The position numbers and the translations under genes are program-made. A stretch of 25,933 nucleotides of DNA from Candidatus Altiarchaeota archaeon (GTDB lineage Archaea > Altiarchaeota > Altiarchaeia > IMC4 > SCGC-AAA252-I15), in contig JBDRLL010000038.1 in NCBI GenBank assembly GCA_043813075.1, forward strand, positions 1 to 25,933, given 5' to 3'. Below the pieces are notes generated by a model that did no database searches, was not told the DNA's origin, and worked only from the letters and a program-made list of their open reading frames with translations. This document shows, in pieces, positions 1 through 7,728 of this stretch (position 1 is its first letter; every line of letters begins with the position of its first letter).

Positions 1-9
1 TTAAAAGCT

Positions 10-212
10 TGCGGGGGAAGGGATTCGAACCCTTGAAGACCTACGTCACAGGATGGCTCATCGATTTCACGCCACAAGTGTATTCCTCAAAGACGAATAC
101 GCTCTTTGTCGTCCGCAGAAATCTTAGATTTCTGGGAGCCAGCAACTTCGTTGCTGCGCTCGGCAAACTCCGACCTTAAGTCCTGCCCCTTTGGCCGCTC
201 GGGTACCCCCGC
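10..212 (-). tRNA. tRNA-Leu (anticodon UAA) with a canonical 37/38 intron; CCA not encoded
   Basis: Reverse complement gives 5' exon GCGGGGGTACCCGAGCGGCCAAAGGGGCAGGACTTAAG (212-175) and 3' exon ATCCTGTGACGTAGGTCTTCAAGGGTTCGAATCCCTTCCCCCGCA (54-10). Acceptor stem GCGGGGG/TCCCCGC-type pairing, anticodon stem CAGGA/TCCTG, long variable arm and T-loop GTTCGAATC are all present. Confidence 0.96.
55..174 (-). other. 120-nt archaeal tRNA intron with bulge-helix-bulge splice motif
   Basis: Exon C32-U-U-A35 pairs with intron UGAG. The 3-nt bulges are A36-G37|G and C-C|A38, and the outer helix is UCGG/UCGA. Confidence 0.92.
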
Positions 213-389
213 GTAAATTTTGACCTTGAGTCGGGCCCCTTTAATGTGTTTTGAAAACCGTTCGTTTTCGAAGGTTTTAGAGCCTTTTTCAGGGTCTTTT
301 TTCCCACAAGTATTATATTGACATGAATTGACTTGTGAGTACTGCTTTTGACTCAATATATACTGTTTTAGAATTAAAAAGAGGAATGA

Positions 390-422
390 TTTATAAACTT
401 ATCTTATATATAGTTATATAAG
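390..422 (+). promoter_or_regulatory. TATA box plus palindromic operator upstream of the putative TA operon
   Basis: TTTATAAA at 390-397 lies about 26 nt before ATG 423, consistent with a leaderless transcript. A perfect inverted repeat CTTATATA-N4-TATATAAG occupies 403-422. Confidence 0.6.
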
Positions 423-689
423 ATGGAGAATGTCACTGTATTGCATAGTCCGACTCTGGAATCGGTAATCATGGTTGAAAAAACAATCCAAAAATACAGT
501 AGCGAGAAGGGTAAGTATCAATTGTGGAAAGTATTGCCAAGAAAGATGATGTATCAAACATACCAGAAAATACTTGATTACCTCATTGAATCAGGAAAAA
601 TCATCATCGATAATGAGGGAGTCATTATCTGGACGTATAATCCAGAGAGGATAAAGAAGCTTATTTCAGAAGACTTGATTATAAAATGA
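423..689 (+). CDS. Small winged-helix protein, putative antitoxin/regulator
   Basis: 88 aa with a wHTH-like pattern (YQTYQKILDYLIESGKIIIDNEGVIIW). It has an ATGA overlap with the downstream RelE-like gene. Confidence 0.6.
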   Translation: MENVTVLHSPTLESVIMVEKTIQKYSSEKGKYQLWKVLPRKMMYQTYQKILDYLIESGKIIIDNEGVIIWTYNPERIKKLISEDLIIK

Positions 690-1021
690 CAAAGGAATTG
701 CATGTTGGATTCATAACAAAGTCGTTGAAAAAAGAATTCGACATGCTAAAACAAGGCAAATTTGAGGATAAAGAACTATATAATTTCATAGACAGGGCAA
801 CAGACGATTTGAAAGAAAACCCAATGTGTGGAATTAAAATCCCGAAAAAATTATGGCCCAAAGAATACATTAAAAAATATGAAATAACCAACCTATGGAA
901 ATATGACCTACCTAACGGATGGAGACTAATATACACAATTGAAACAAATGAAATCCTCGTTCTAGCAATAATACTCGAATGGTTCGACCACAAAAAATAC
1001 GAAAGAAAATTCAACTACTAA
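686..1021 (+). CDS. RelE/ParE-superfamily toxin-like protein
   Basis: 111 aa, basic, with RelE-like features (LKENPMCG...NLWKYDLPNGWRLIYTI...LEWFDHKKYE). It is translationally coupled to the upstream small gene. Confidence 0.7.
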   Translation: MTKELHVGFITKSLKKEFDMLKQGKFEDKELYNFIDRATDDLKENPMCGIKIPKKLWPKEYIKKYEITNLWKYDLPNGWRLIYTIETNEILVLAIILEWFDHKKYERKFNY

Positions 1022-1063
1022 AAAATCGAAATCGACAAGTCGATTGCCGTCCTTGTTCTATGC

Positions 1064-1624
1064 ATGAGGGAAACTAATTGGAAGGGGATACCGAGCAAGT
1101 GCGCTCTGTATTTTCCGGAAAAGGGTGGGAGGAAGTTCGGCAACAAGATCTGGGATAGCGGCTTCCGCTGGAGTATGGAGGATTTATTGGAGTTCTTGTT
1201 TCCAAGCCATAAGATGCCGGTATTCCACAAGCTTGCTATTGAATACCTTAAATTCTTGTTAGATGAGGGGAAAAACACTGAGAATGGCAAGAAAGAATTC
1301 TGTCAAAGGAAAGGATACAGCATGAACACTTTAAGGAAAAACATCATCCCGAAATTATACAGGTTCGGATTAATCCACAGGTCCAGGAAACTTCCGAAAA
1401 ACGTGAAATGGAACATCAAGAGCAAAAGACAAAGCATCGAACAGGAAAGCCTACAATTCTCAACCATGCTACGCAAAATGGCTGATGAATGGGAATCCAT
1501 GGTAAATACTGCCCGACTGAGGCGACAGGCAGATATCCAAAAAGAACGGGAAGAAGAAAATGAGATCCAACGGCTGGAGAGATTGGAATGGGAGAGGTAC
1601 ATGCGGGAGAAGGGAGTGAGATAA
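1064..1624 (+). CDS. Hypothetical protein with wHTH-like core and charged C-terminal coiled coil
   Basis: 186-aa ORF. KEFCQRKGYSMNTLRKNIIPKLYRFGLIHR resembles an HTH plus wing, followed by an E/R-rich helical tail. Confidence 0.65.
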   Translation: MRETNWKGIPSKCALYFPEKGGRKFGNKIWDSGFRWSMEDLLEFLFPSHKMPVFHKLAIEYLKFLLDEGKNTENGKKEFCQRKGYSMNTLRKNIIPKLYRFGLIHRSRKLPKNVKWNIKSKRQSIEQESLQFSTMLRKMADEWESMVNTARLRRQADIQKEREEENEIQRLERLEWERYMREKGVR

Positions 1625-1628
1625 GTAT

Positions 1629-3245
1629 CTAGTTCTTATTTACTGCGCTATATGATTCTGTGAGTTTTCTTATTTCCCGGGTCTTGGAGTTTGCGGCCTC
1701 TATCAGGGATAGGAGTTCGACGAACATGCTGTCCTCATGTTTTTCTATAAGCCGTTTGAGATGAAAGTCATAGTATGTGTTTATCTGTTCCCTGAGTCTT
1801 TCATCGTTTTTTATCATAGCATGCGACTCCTTTTTGGTTATGGTGGGAAATGACTTCCTAAGCAGCCTGATGTTTTCGTTGAACATGTCATATATGTTTT
1901 CAAGGTCTTTTTTTGATTCGGGAGACAGCATCGTTCCAGTGTCCCACATGTTTTTAATCGTTGAACTTATATCCTCCCCCTTGTCGCCAAACTGTTCCAA
2001 TGCGTTGGAGATTCTGACCAGCATCACTATCTTTTTCGCCTCCCCTGGATCCAGCTCTCGCTTAGAGAACTCAAGGATGCTTTTCTCGATTTTATCATCC
2101 AAGAAGTCTGTGAGGGACTCCATCTTCAGGATCTTTTGATAGTTGCCGTCCTTCTGAGACTTAAAGAGTATTATCGACTCGTCATAGAGCTTGTCGTTTA
2201 CTTCAAGCGCATAATCCAACTCCTTCTCTATGGCATTGAATGATTTACTGTTGTCGTCAGGAAGCTTGTCTGGAAGGTGTTTAGTGTTAAAGAGTATCTC
2301 CTCCTCCTTTCCTGGAACCACTCTTTCAACGAGTTTCTTGAAAGGCTTAAGGGCGATAAGGAAGACTACTAAAAAGATTGTGCGGAATACTGTGAGGGCA
2401 TTTGCTATCTGTTGACCCGCTGAGCCACCCAGGCTTTCAATGAATCCTTGGAATGGGCCGAGGAAAGGCAGAATAAGGATGACTCCAAAGACGTTAAAAA
2501 GTAGGTGTGCGTATGCAGCCCTTTTTGCATGAAGGCTCATCTTAGAGGAAGCGATTAATGCCGTCGTTGTCGTTCCAATAGCTGCCCCTAAAAGGAGGGG
2601 TATGCCCTGGTTGAGGCTGATAAGACCTTCCTGTGAAAGTATGACTATTATGCCGGAAGTCACCGAACTTGACTGGACGAAGGTGGTGAACAGGAATCCC
2701 ACGATGATCGCTAAAGGGATGGTTGACATGCTTGTGAAAATTGATTTGACTGAGGGGTCGCTTTTAATAGGGGTTATGGAATCTGAAATTAGGTTGAGGC
2801 TGAAGAACACCAGTCCAAAGTAGAATATTGGTTTGCCAAGAAATTTGTATTTCCCGCCAGCCAAGCCAACAAGGAATCCAAGAACTATGAACAAGGGGGC
2901 GAACGCCGTAAGCTTGAATGCCACAAGCTGGGCTGTCACGGTCGTGCCAACATTCGCGCCGAAAATAATCCCAAGGCTCTGCATGAAGGAAATGGTGCCT
3001 GCATTCACCAATCCCACAACGATTACAGTGGTGGCCGTGCTTGACTGAATGATTGCTGTAACAATACCTCCAAGGAGCGCACCCTTCACCCTGTTCCTTG
3101 TCAGCCTACCCAACGCATCCCTGAATTTCTCTCCTGCAACCCTCTGAATCTCGATGCTAAAATGTTCAATACCATACAAAAACAACACTAAGCCAGGGAA
3201 TATGGCGAAAATCAACTCCCAATTCGTCAATAAATCAAAAACCAT
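1629..3245 (-). CDS. Na+/Pi cotransporter family protein (NptA/SLC34-like) with C-terminal PhoU-like domain
   Basis: Two QSSS-type repeats (IIQSSTAT, FVQSSSVT) and GANVGTT/GAAIGTT motifs in a multi-TM N-half. The helical C-half carries LEQFGD. Confidence 0.93.
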   Translation of the reverse strand: MVFDLLTNWELIFAIFPGLVLFLYGIEHFSIEIQRVAGEKFRDALGRLTRNRVKGALLGGIVTAIIQSSTATTVIVVGLVNAGTISFMQSLGIIFGANVGTTVTAQLVAFKLTAFAPLFIVLGFLVGLAGGKYKFLGKPIFYFGLVFFSLNLISDSITPIKSDPSVKSIFTSMSTIPLAIIVGFLFTTFVQSSSVTSGIIVILSQEGLISLNQGIPLLLGAAIGTTTTALIASSKMSLHAKRAAYAHLLFNVFGVILILPFLGPFQGFIESLGGSAGQQIANALTVFRTIFLVVFLIALKPFKKLVERVVPGKEEEILFNTKHLPDKLPDDNSKSFNAIEKELDYALEVNDKLYDESIILFKSQKDGNYQKILKMESLTDFLDDKIEKSILEFSKRELDPGEAKKIVMLVRISNALEQFGDKGEDISSTIKNMWDTGTMLSPESKKDLENIYDMFNENIRLLRKSFPTITKKESHAMIKNDERLREQINTYYDFHLKRLIEKHEDSMFVELLSLIEAANSKTREIRKLTESYSAVNKN

Positions 3246-3423
3246 TTTCTGGAGAGTGATATGCGAATTAATTGTTATTAATGGGTGGTTTCAGCTAAAA
3301 TGTTTGAAGGCAAGGAGTCACTTACTCGGGAAGACATGTGGATGGAGAGATTTATTGTATTCAGATATGGTTTGACAACTCGGAAATCTCTACTTTGATA
3401 ACACAGTATATTAGATAATACAA

Positions 3424-3584
3424 GGTGTCCCTCAAAACCGCTATACGGTTTTGGGGCGCTAAAACCCAAACGGGATGGGCGTATCAAAATCAGTAGGAAT
3501 ACAAGGATTTTGGTGTTTGTGTCAAGCAGTGATAGGAACATCATACGCCACGGGCAAGATGTAGCCCTCCTAGTTCGGCTGTAT
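3424..3584 (+). ncRNA. Candidate structured non-coding element (unassigned)
   Basis: Several stems with G-U pairs form on the + strand, including a three-way junction with a GGAA tetraloop. No family was recognised. Confidence 0.25.
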
Positions 3585-3640
3585 TCACGGAGTAATGATT
3601 ATGTATGGGCCGCGTATTTTTTCCCCGTTTCAGTCGGGGT

Positions 3641-4795
3641 TTAGCGAAGGACACCGAGGTCTTTCAGTTTTTTTGGGATGTTTTTCGGGATGACTTCCTC
3701 GAATGCGCCTGTTTTATGGTTGAATACCTTCAGGGCACAATCCGTCTCAGAGGATGGGCTTAGGATAAAATGGTCCGAATTGGGGGTTGTCTTAGCTGTA
3801 TGGGTATCCATGGGGCTTTCTCTGATAACTGATGAAAAGCCGTGGGTATGGCCGAGTGTGTCTGATGTTTCGCTAAAGTAGAATGTGACTTCATCTCCCC
3901 TGAAGGGGGCGGTTGTGATGAGTGGCTGTTGAGCCCCGGGAGGTTTCAACACCGAGAATGACAGTTCATTGTCTCCGACCAGCTTTTGAAGTAAGAAGAG
4001 GGAGGCGACGTCAGCTTGTGCTGGAATGACGATGGGAAGCCCTGCAGCAAGCCTTTTTTCTATGTTTTTTGGATTAGTTCTGTGTCTATCGAGCACCCGC
4101 CAAGCGGCAGTATAGTTATCCGGCGGGCATTCAAGGTAACCAAGCCCGAGTGAAATGCCATATTCACATTTTTGGAGGACTTTCCGGCCTCTTGGCATGC
4201 TGGGGTCACATTCCTGCGGGAAGGACAGATATAGCTTCGCCAAAGCCGAAACCAGTTGTTTGGACTCCGCCAGATTTGATGGGATCATGGAGTCAATTAG
4301 TTCAACGGCATTCTCATCCAGACACGCGAGCGTATATGTGCGAAATCCCGGGTCATCAGCGTATGCCACTTTCTCCGCCTTCCGGGCTATTTCTTTTAGT
4401 TCCTGGACACGCTCCTGATAACTCATTTGGCCAAGTTCCTTGCTTTTTTTGGTTTTGGCTCCAGGGACTGGTTCGATGGCGTCCCTTGCCTCAGGCTCCG
4501 TCAACCAAAGTTCGGTTTTGCCAAAACGCATAATCACCCATCTCTCACCATCCCTGACGGGTGTGCCATAGACAGTCCCCACCGAATCCTGCATTAAGCC
4601 TTGTTTTGCACAGTCCGGGACTTTAACCAACCGTACCTTATCCCCGTCCTTAAAAATGGCGTCCTTCGAACCTGGCTCCACCGAGGTTCTGTTCTCGCCT
4701 GGCAATTCCAATGGATGGGGGACATTAGGGGGAGAATCCTTGGGAGTTACTATCTCCAGGACTGGCCTGCTTCCCCTAAAAAATACCTTTGCCAT
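3641..4795 (-). CDS. Hypothetical protein with N-terminal SH3-like barrel and C-terminal JAB/MPN+-like metalloprotease motif
   Basis: 384-aa ORF. FKDGDKVRLV...VGTVYG...VIMRFG is SH3/KOW-like; NELSF followed by GHTHGFSSVIRESPMD gives E...HxH-x8-SxxD. Confidence 0.6.
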   Translation of the reverse strand: MAKVFFRGSRPVLEIVTPKDSPPNVPHPLELPGENRTSVEPGSKDAIFKDGDKVRLVKVPDCAKQGLMQDSVGTVYGTPVRDGERWVIMRFGKTELWLTEPEARDAIEPVPGAKTKKSKELGQMSYQERVQELKEIARKAEKVAYADDPGFRTYTLACLDENAVELIDSMIPSNLAESKQLVSALAKLYLSFPQECDPSMPRGRKVLQKCEYGISLGLGYLECPPDNYTAAWRVLDRHRTNPKNIEKRLAAGLPIVIPAQADVASLFLLQKLVGDNELSFSVLKPPGAQQPLITTAPFRGDEVTFYFSETSDTLGHTHGFSSVIRESPMDTHTAKTTPNSDHFILSPSSETDCALKVFNHKTGAFEEVIPKNIPKKLKDLGVLR

Positions 4796-5114
4796 AATAA
4801 TATCGTATTCCCTACAATCTTTGGTTAATCAAATGGATTGCCTAGCATAAATAGCATCCATCCAACAATTTGTGGGTTGAGGATTTGGATGAAATTCAGC
4901 TTATTCAGAAAACGTGTTGGGCAATTTTCCGGTAGTAGGGACTCTTGTTAGGTGAGAATGTTATACAGGGTGCATAACATTTTAAGTTTGTTATACAGGA
5001 TGTTAACATCCGCAATTTCCTACCTTCTAATAATATAACATAATCCTTAAAATACTTGAAAACCCAAGCAGGAAAGGCCAGAACTGCCGAATCCATTTAA
5101 CAGCATTTTCTCTG

Positions 5115-5678
5115 TTAATGATTTTTCCCTTTGTTTTCGTCCATCTCCCACATCTCTATGACGCGGTCAACCAGTGAATCAAGAAAGCTTTCTTTGTATG
5201 TTATCAGGAGGTTTATTATCTCCTCTTTATCCGCAAGAATATGGTACCTGGTTTTTCTGCCTTCCTTGATGGCATTTACCACGTTGTTTTTCACTAGTTT
5301 CTTCAGGTGCCATGATACTGTGGATGCGGACAAGCCTATGAATTCCACAATATCCTCTTGATTACAATTCTCATGGCTTATCAGGAATAACAGGATTTTC
5401 CGGATTCTCTCTTGCCGTAGCAGGCCTAGAAGCTGCGTGTTCTCGGATTTGAACTCCTTTGGATAATATCTGCTTATGTTACCGTCTTTTTCCTCGGTTA
5501 TCAACCCCTTTTTAACGAGGTATGTGAGGTGATAGCTTACAGAGCCTGTTGATAACCCGCTTTTCCTCTCAATCTCCCTGAAATGGCTGCCAGCATATCT
5601 CCTGACAACCTCGTATATGCTCTTTCTCGCATGAAGTTCTAGGACGGTCTCCTTCTCGCTGCGGAAAGTCGGCTGCAT
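5115..5678 (-). CDS. Double winged-helix (ArsR/MarR-like) transcriptional regulator
   Basis: Two HTH units: HFREIERKSGLSTGSVSYHLTYL and NQEDIVEFIGLSASTVSWHLKKL. Confidence 0.9.
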   Translation of the reverse strand: MQPTFRSEKETVLELHARKSIYEVVRRYAGSHFREIERKSGLSTGSVSYHLTYLVKKGLITEEKDGNISRYYPKEFKSENTQLLGLLRQERIRKILLFLISHENCNQEDIVEFIGLSASTVSWHLKKLVKNNVVNAIKEGRKTRYHILADKEEIINLLITYKESFLDSLVDRVIEMWEMDENKGKNH

Positions 5679-5688
5679 GATGACGACC

Positions 5689-6060
5689 TCACTTCCTCAT
5701 CAATCCCGCAAAGAAGCATGCAAGAATCGCGAAGTCCAAGAAGCTTGCTATAATGTCCAAATAGCTTTGCTCTGGGATGAATATTTCCGATGATATCACG
5801 AACCCTTTCACTGCGAAAAGGAAGAATGCAACGCTGACATACAATAGCCTCTGCCTGCCGTCCCTACGATATGCAACCGCCGTCAGGAGAAATAAAAAGG
5901 TGGCTAGTATGCTACTTGCAAATGTAAGCAGTTTGTCAACCTCTAATCCAGACGCTGTCGTTAACTCCTTTCCACTGTCCTCGTCTACTGCGCAGACAAA
6001 AGACGAAACCCATAAAAATAAGCAAAATACTGCCGCAATCCTCGCATATCCTCCATACAT
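5689..6060 (-). CDS. Small integral membrane protein of the type that accompanies archaeal double-wHTH regulators
   Basis: A signal/TM helix plus 3 TM helices and the motif AYRRDGRQRLLYVSVAFFLFAVKG. ATG 6060 follows a GAGGTGG RBS; the ORF track uses GTG 6069. Confidence 0.75.
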   Translation of the reverse strand: MYGGYARIAAVFCLFLWVSSFVCAVDEDSGKELTTASGLEVDKLLTFASSILATFLFLLTAVAYRRDGRQRLLYVSVAFFLFAVKGFVISSEIFIPEQSYLDIIASFLDFAILACFFAGLMRK

Positions 6061-6125
6061 CCCCACCACCTCTAATACAATATTCCATCTAATTAACTAA
6101 AAAAATAGGAATGATGGGGGAAGGT

Positions 6126-6728
6126 TTAATCCTCCCCGTCTTCCTCGTCGTCCCTCTCTATCTTCACGATGTTTCCATTAGAGACGTCGATTTTAACATC
6201 CACTTCTCCGTGGCTGTTCCTGAGCTCTACAGCATAAACAAGCACGCCACCTTCCTTTTCAAGTTCAACGTCCGTGATTCTACCGTCCTCTGCGGATAAT
6301 GCAATCTCCCTTGCCATATCCTCGGATATGGGTGATTGTACTGTCTCTAGTGCGGTTTCATCCACCTGTTGCTCTTCCATGTCATCGTCAGCTTCGAAGT
6401 CATCAGCCTCTTCAGCATCATCTACGTCAGCGTCTTCCTCGGTTGTGTCATCCTCTATCTTAACCACTTTCCCGGATGATGCATCGATTTTAACGTCTGT
6501 TTCAAACCCGTCCTTATTGAATTCTACCGCATAAACAGTATTCCCCTCTTCATCCTCGAGTTCTACATCAGTTAAAACACCCACGTCATCCTCGTTCACC
6601 GTATCCACTGCAATACCATTAGCCTGGTCAGACGTTATCCCCGGCAAACTTGCGGCGACAACAATGAATCCACCGACCAAGATGGCAGATGCCAGGAGCC
6701 CCAAAATCACATACATCTTATCCATCAT
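6126..6728 (-). CDS. Membrane-anchored tandem PepSY domain protein
   Basis: N-terminal TM helix, then two repeats of I(T/S)xxxAxxIA...DVELE.E.G..VYAVE...DVKID.S.G..V separated by an acidic linker. Confidence 0.9.
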   Translation of the reverse strand: MMDKMYVILGLLASAILVGGFIVVAASLPGITSDQANGIAVDTVNEDDVGVLTDVELEDEEGNTVYAVEFNKDGFETDVKIDASSGKVVKIEDDTTEEDADVDDAEEADDFEADDDMEEQQVDETALETVQSPISEDMAREIALSAEDGRITDVELEKEGGVLVYAVELRNSHGEVDVKIDVSNGNIVKIERDDEEDGED

Positions 6729-7013
6729 GTATCACCTCATATGATCACTTAAACAAGACATGGTCAGTTATTATAAAAACCAGCATAGTTCAAAACTCGA
6801 AGATTAGTACAAAAATCAAAATATCACCTGCAAGAGCTAAAATGCCAAATAATGGCAGAACAAACCACGATGAGCAAAAGGGACAATTATGCGCTGGGTT
6901 AGGAGAAACGAAAGAGTAAACCTTTCAAAGGTTGATAATGCACTGTTATTATGGTACACTAGGTTATCAGATAAATTAGTCAAAAAATAAAATAAATTCC
7001 CCACTAAAGGAAG

Positions 7014-7481
7014 TTATTTCATCTCCACTACCAAGTTCCCTTTCATCCCCATCTGCCTGTGCTGGCCTACACTGCAGTAGTATTCGAATGTTCCGGTCTT
7101 GTCTGCCGTAAATTCGATTGATGCTGAGCCTGGTGCTTGGAGTCTCTCTGTTCTCGCGTTGAATTCGTCCACAACCCAGTCGTGGAGTCCTTGCGTGCTC
7201 GTGAACTCTATGCGAACGCGGTCCCCCCGCTTAACCCTGATTTCAGGGTTTTCAACCCCGTCCATCAGGAACTTGAAGTTAACCCCCGACAAGGAGAAGG
7301 CCTTAGCATCACCGTCATTCTGCATCATGGTCTCATCATCTTTCTGCGTCATACCAGACTCGTCCTTCCCTGTCATAGCATCCTCTTTACTCGCGTCTTC
7401 GGGAGAATAACCCCTTAGAAGAACCAATCCAACAACAGCCAGCAGAACGATAGCTAGGATACCGTAAGTCTTGCCTTTCAT
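7014..7481 (-). CDS. Membrane-anchored cupredoxin (type-1 copper) protein
   Basis: N-terminal TM helix, with copper ligands in GLHDW and YYCSVGQHRQMGM (C-x4-H-x4-M). Confidence 0.92.
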   Translation of the reverse strand: MKGKTYGILAIVLLAVVGLVLLRGYSPEDASKEDAMTGKDESGMTQKDDETMMQNDGDAKAFSLSGVNFKFLMDGVENPEIRVKRGDRVRIEFTSTQGLHDWVVDEFNARTERLQAPGSASIEFTADKTGTFEYYCSVGQHRQMGMKGNLVVEMK

Positions 7482-7619
7482 ATTACCACCATCCAGGCTA
7501 TTAACGGGGCAAGCTAATAAATCAGGTACTTACCTTATCGTAACCGCGTTTACATGGTTTATTCCAGAACCCATGTAATCCGGGGTTTCCCCCATCAAAT
7601 ATCTGGCTTATGGTTATGG

Positions 7620-7673
7620 CTCGATGACGCGGTCAACCAGTGGATCAAGAAGGATTTCCCCGTAGGTTATCAG
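7620..7673 (-). repeat. 54-bp diverged copy of the 3' end of the wHTH regulator gene (5154-5207); gene relic
   Basis: 46/54 identity with no gaps. It translates to LITYGEILLDPLVDRVIE versus LITYKESFLDSLVDRVIE. Confidence 0.8.
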
Positions 7674-7728
7674 CATCCCCACAGTTTGGGGGGGGGGACT
7701 GTGGTCATCATGTATGTCCTTTTAAAGG

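Noticed and set aside
55-174. C/D box guide RNA or nested BHB inside the tRNA intron
   Set aside because: There is no CUGA D box or properly placed RUGAUGA, and the internal bulges have the wrong size and orientation for a second BHB.
87-356. 89-aa minus-strand ORF
   Set aside because: It overlaps the tRNA-Leu exon and intron, so it is spurious.
1-1624. tRNA-integrated mobile element
   Set aside because: No integrase and no duplicated tRNA end (att site) occur in the window, and the AT-rich genes lie on the tRNA 5' side.
3300-3640. SRP RNA, RNase P RNA, group I/II intron or riboswitch
   Set aside because: The diagnostic motifs (SRP helix 8 CAGG/AGCAG, RNase P GAGGAAAGUCC, group II domain V) were not found.
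7620-7673. DGR template/variable repeat pair with 5154-5207
   Set aside because: The mismatches are not confined to adenines of the non-coding copy, and there is no reverse transcriptase in the window.
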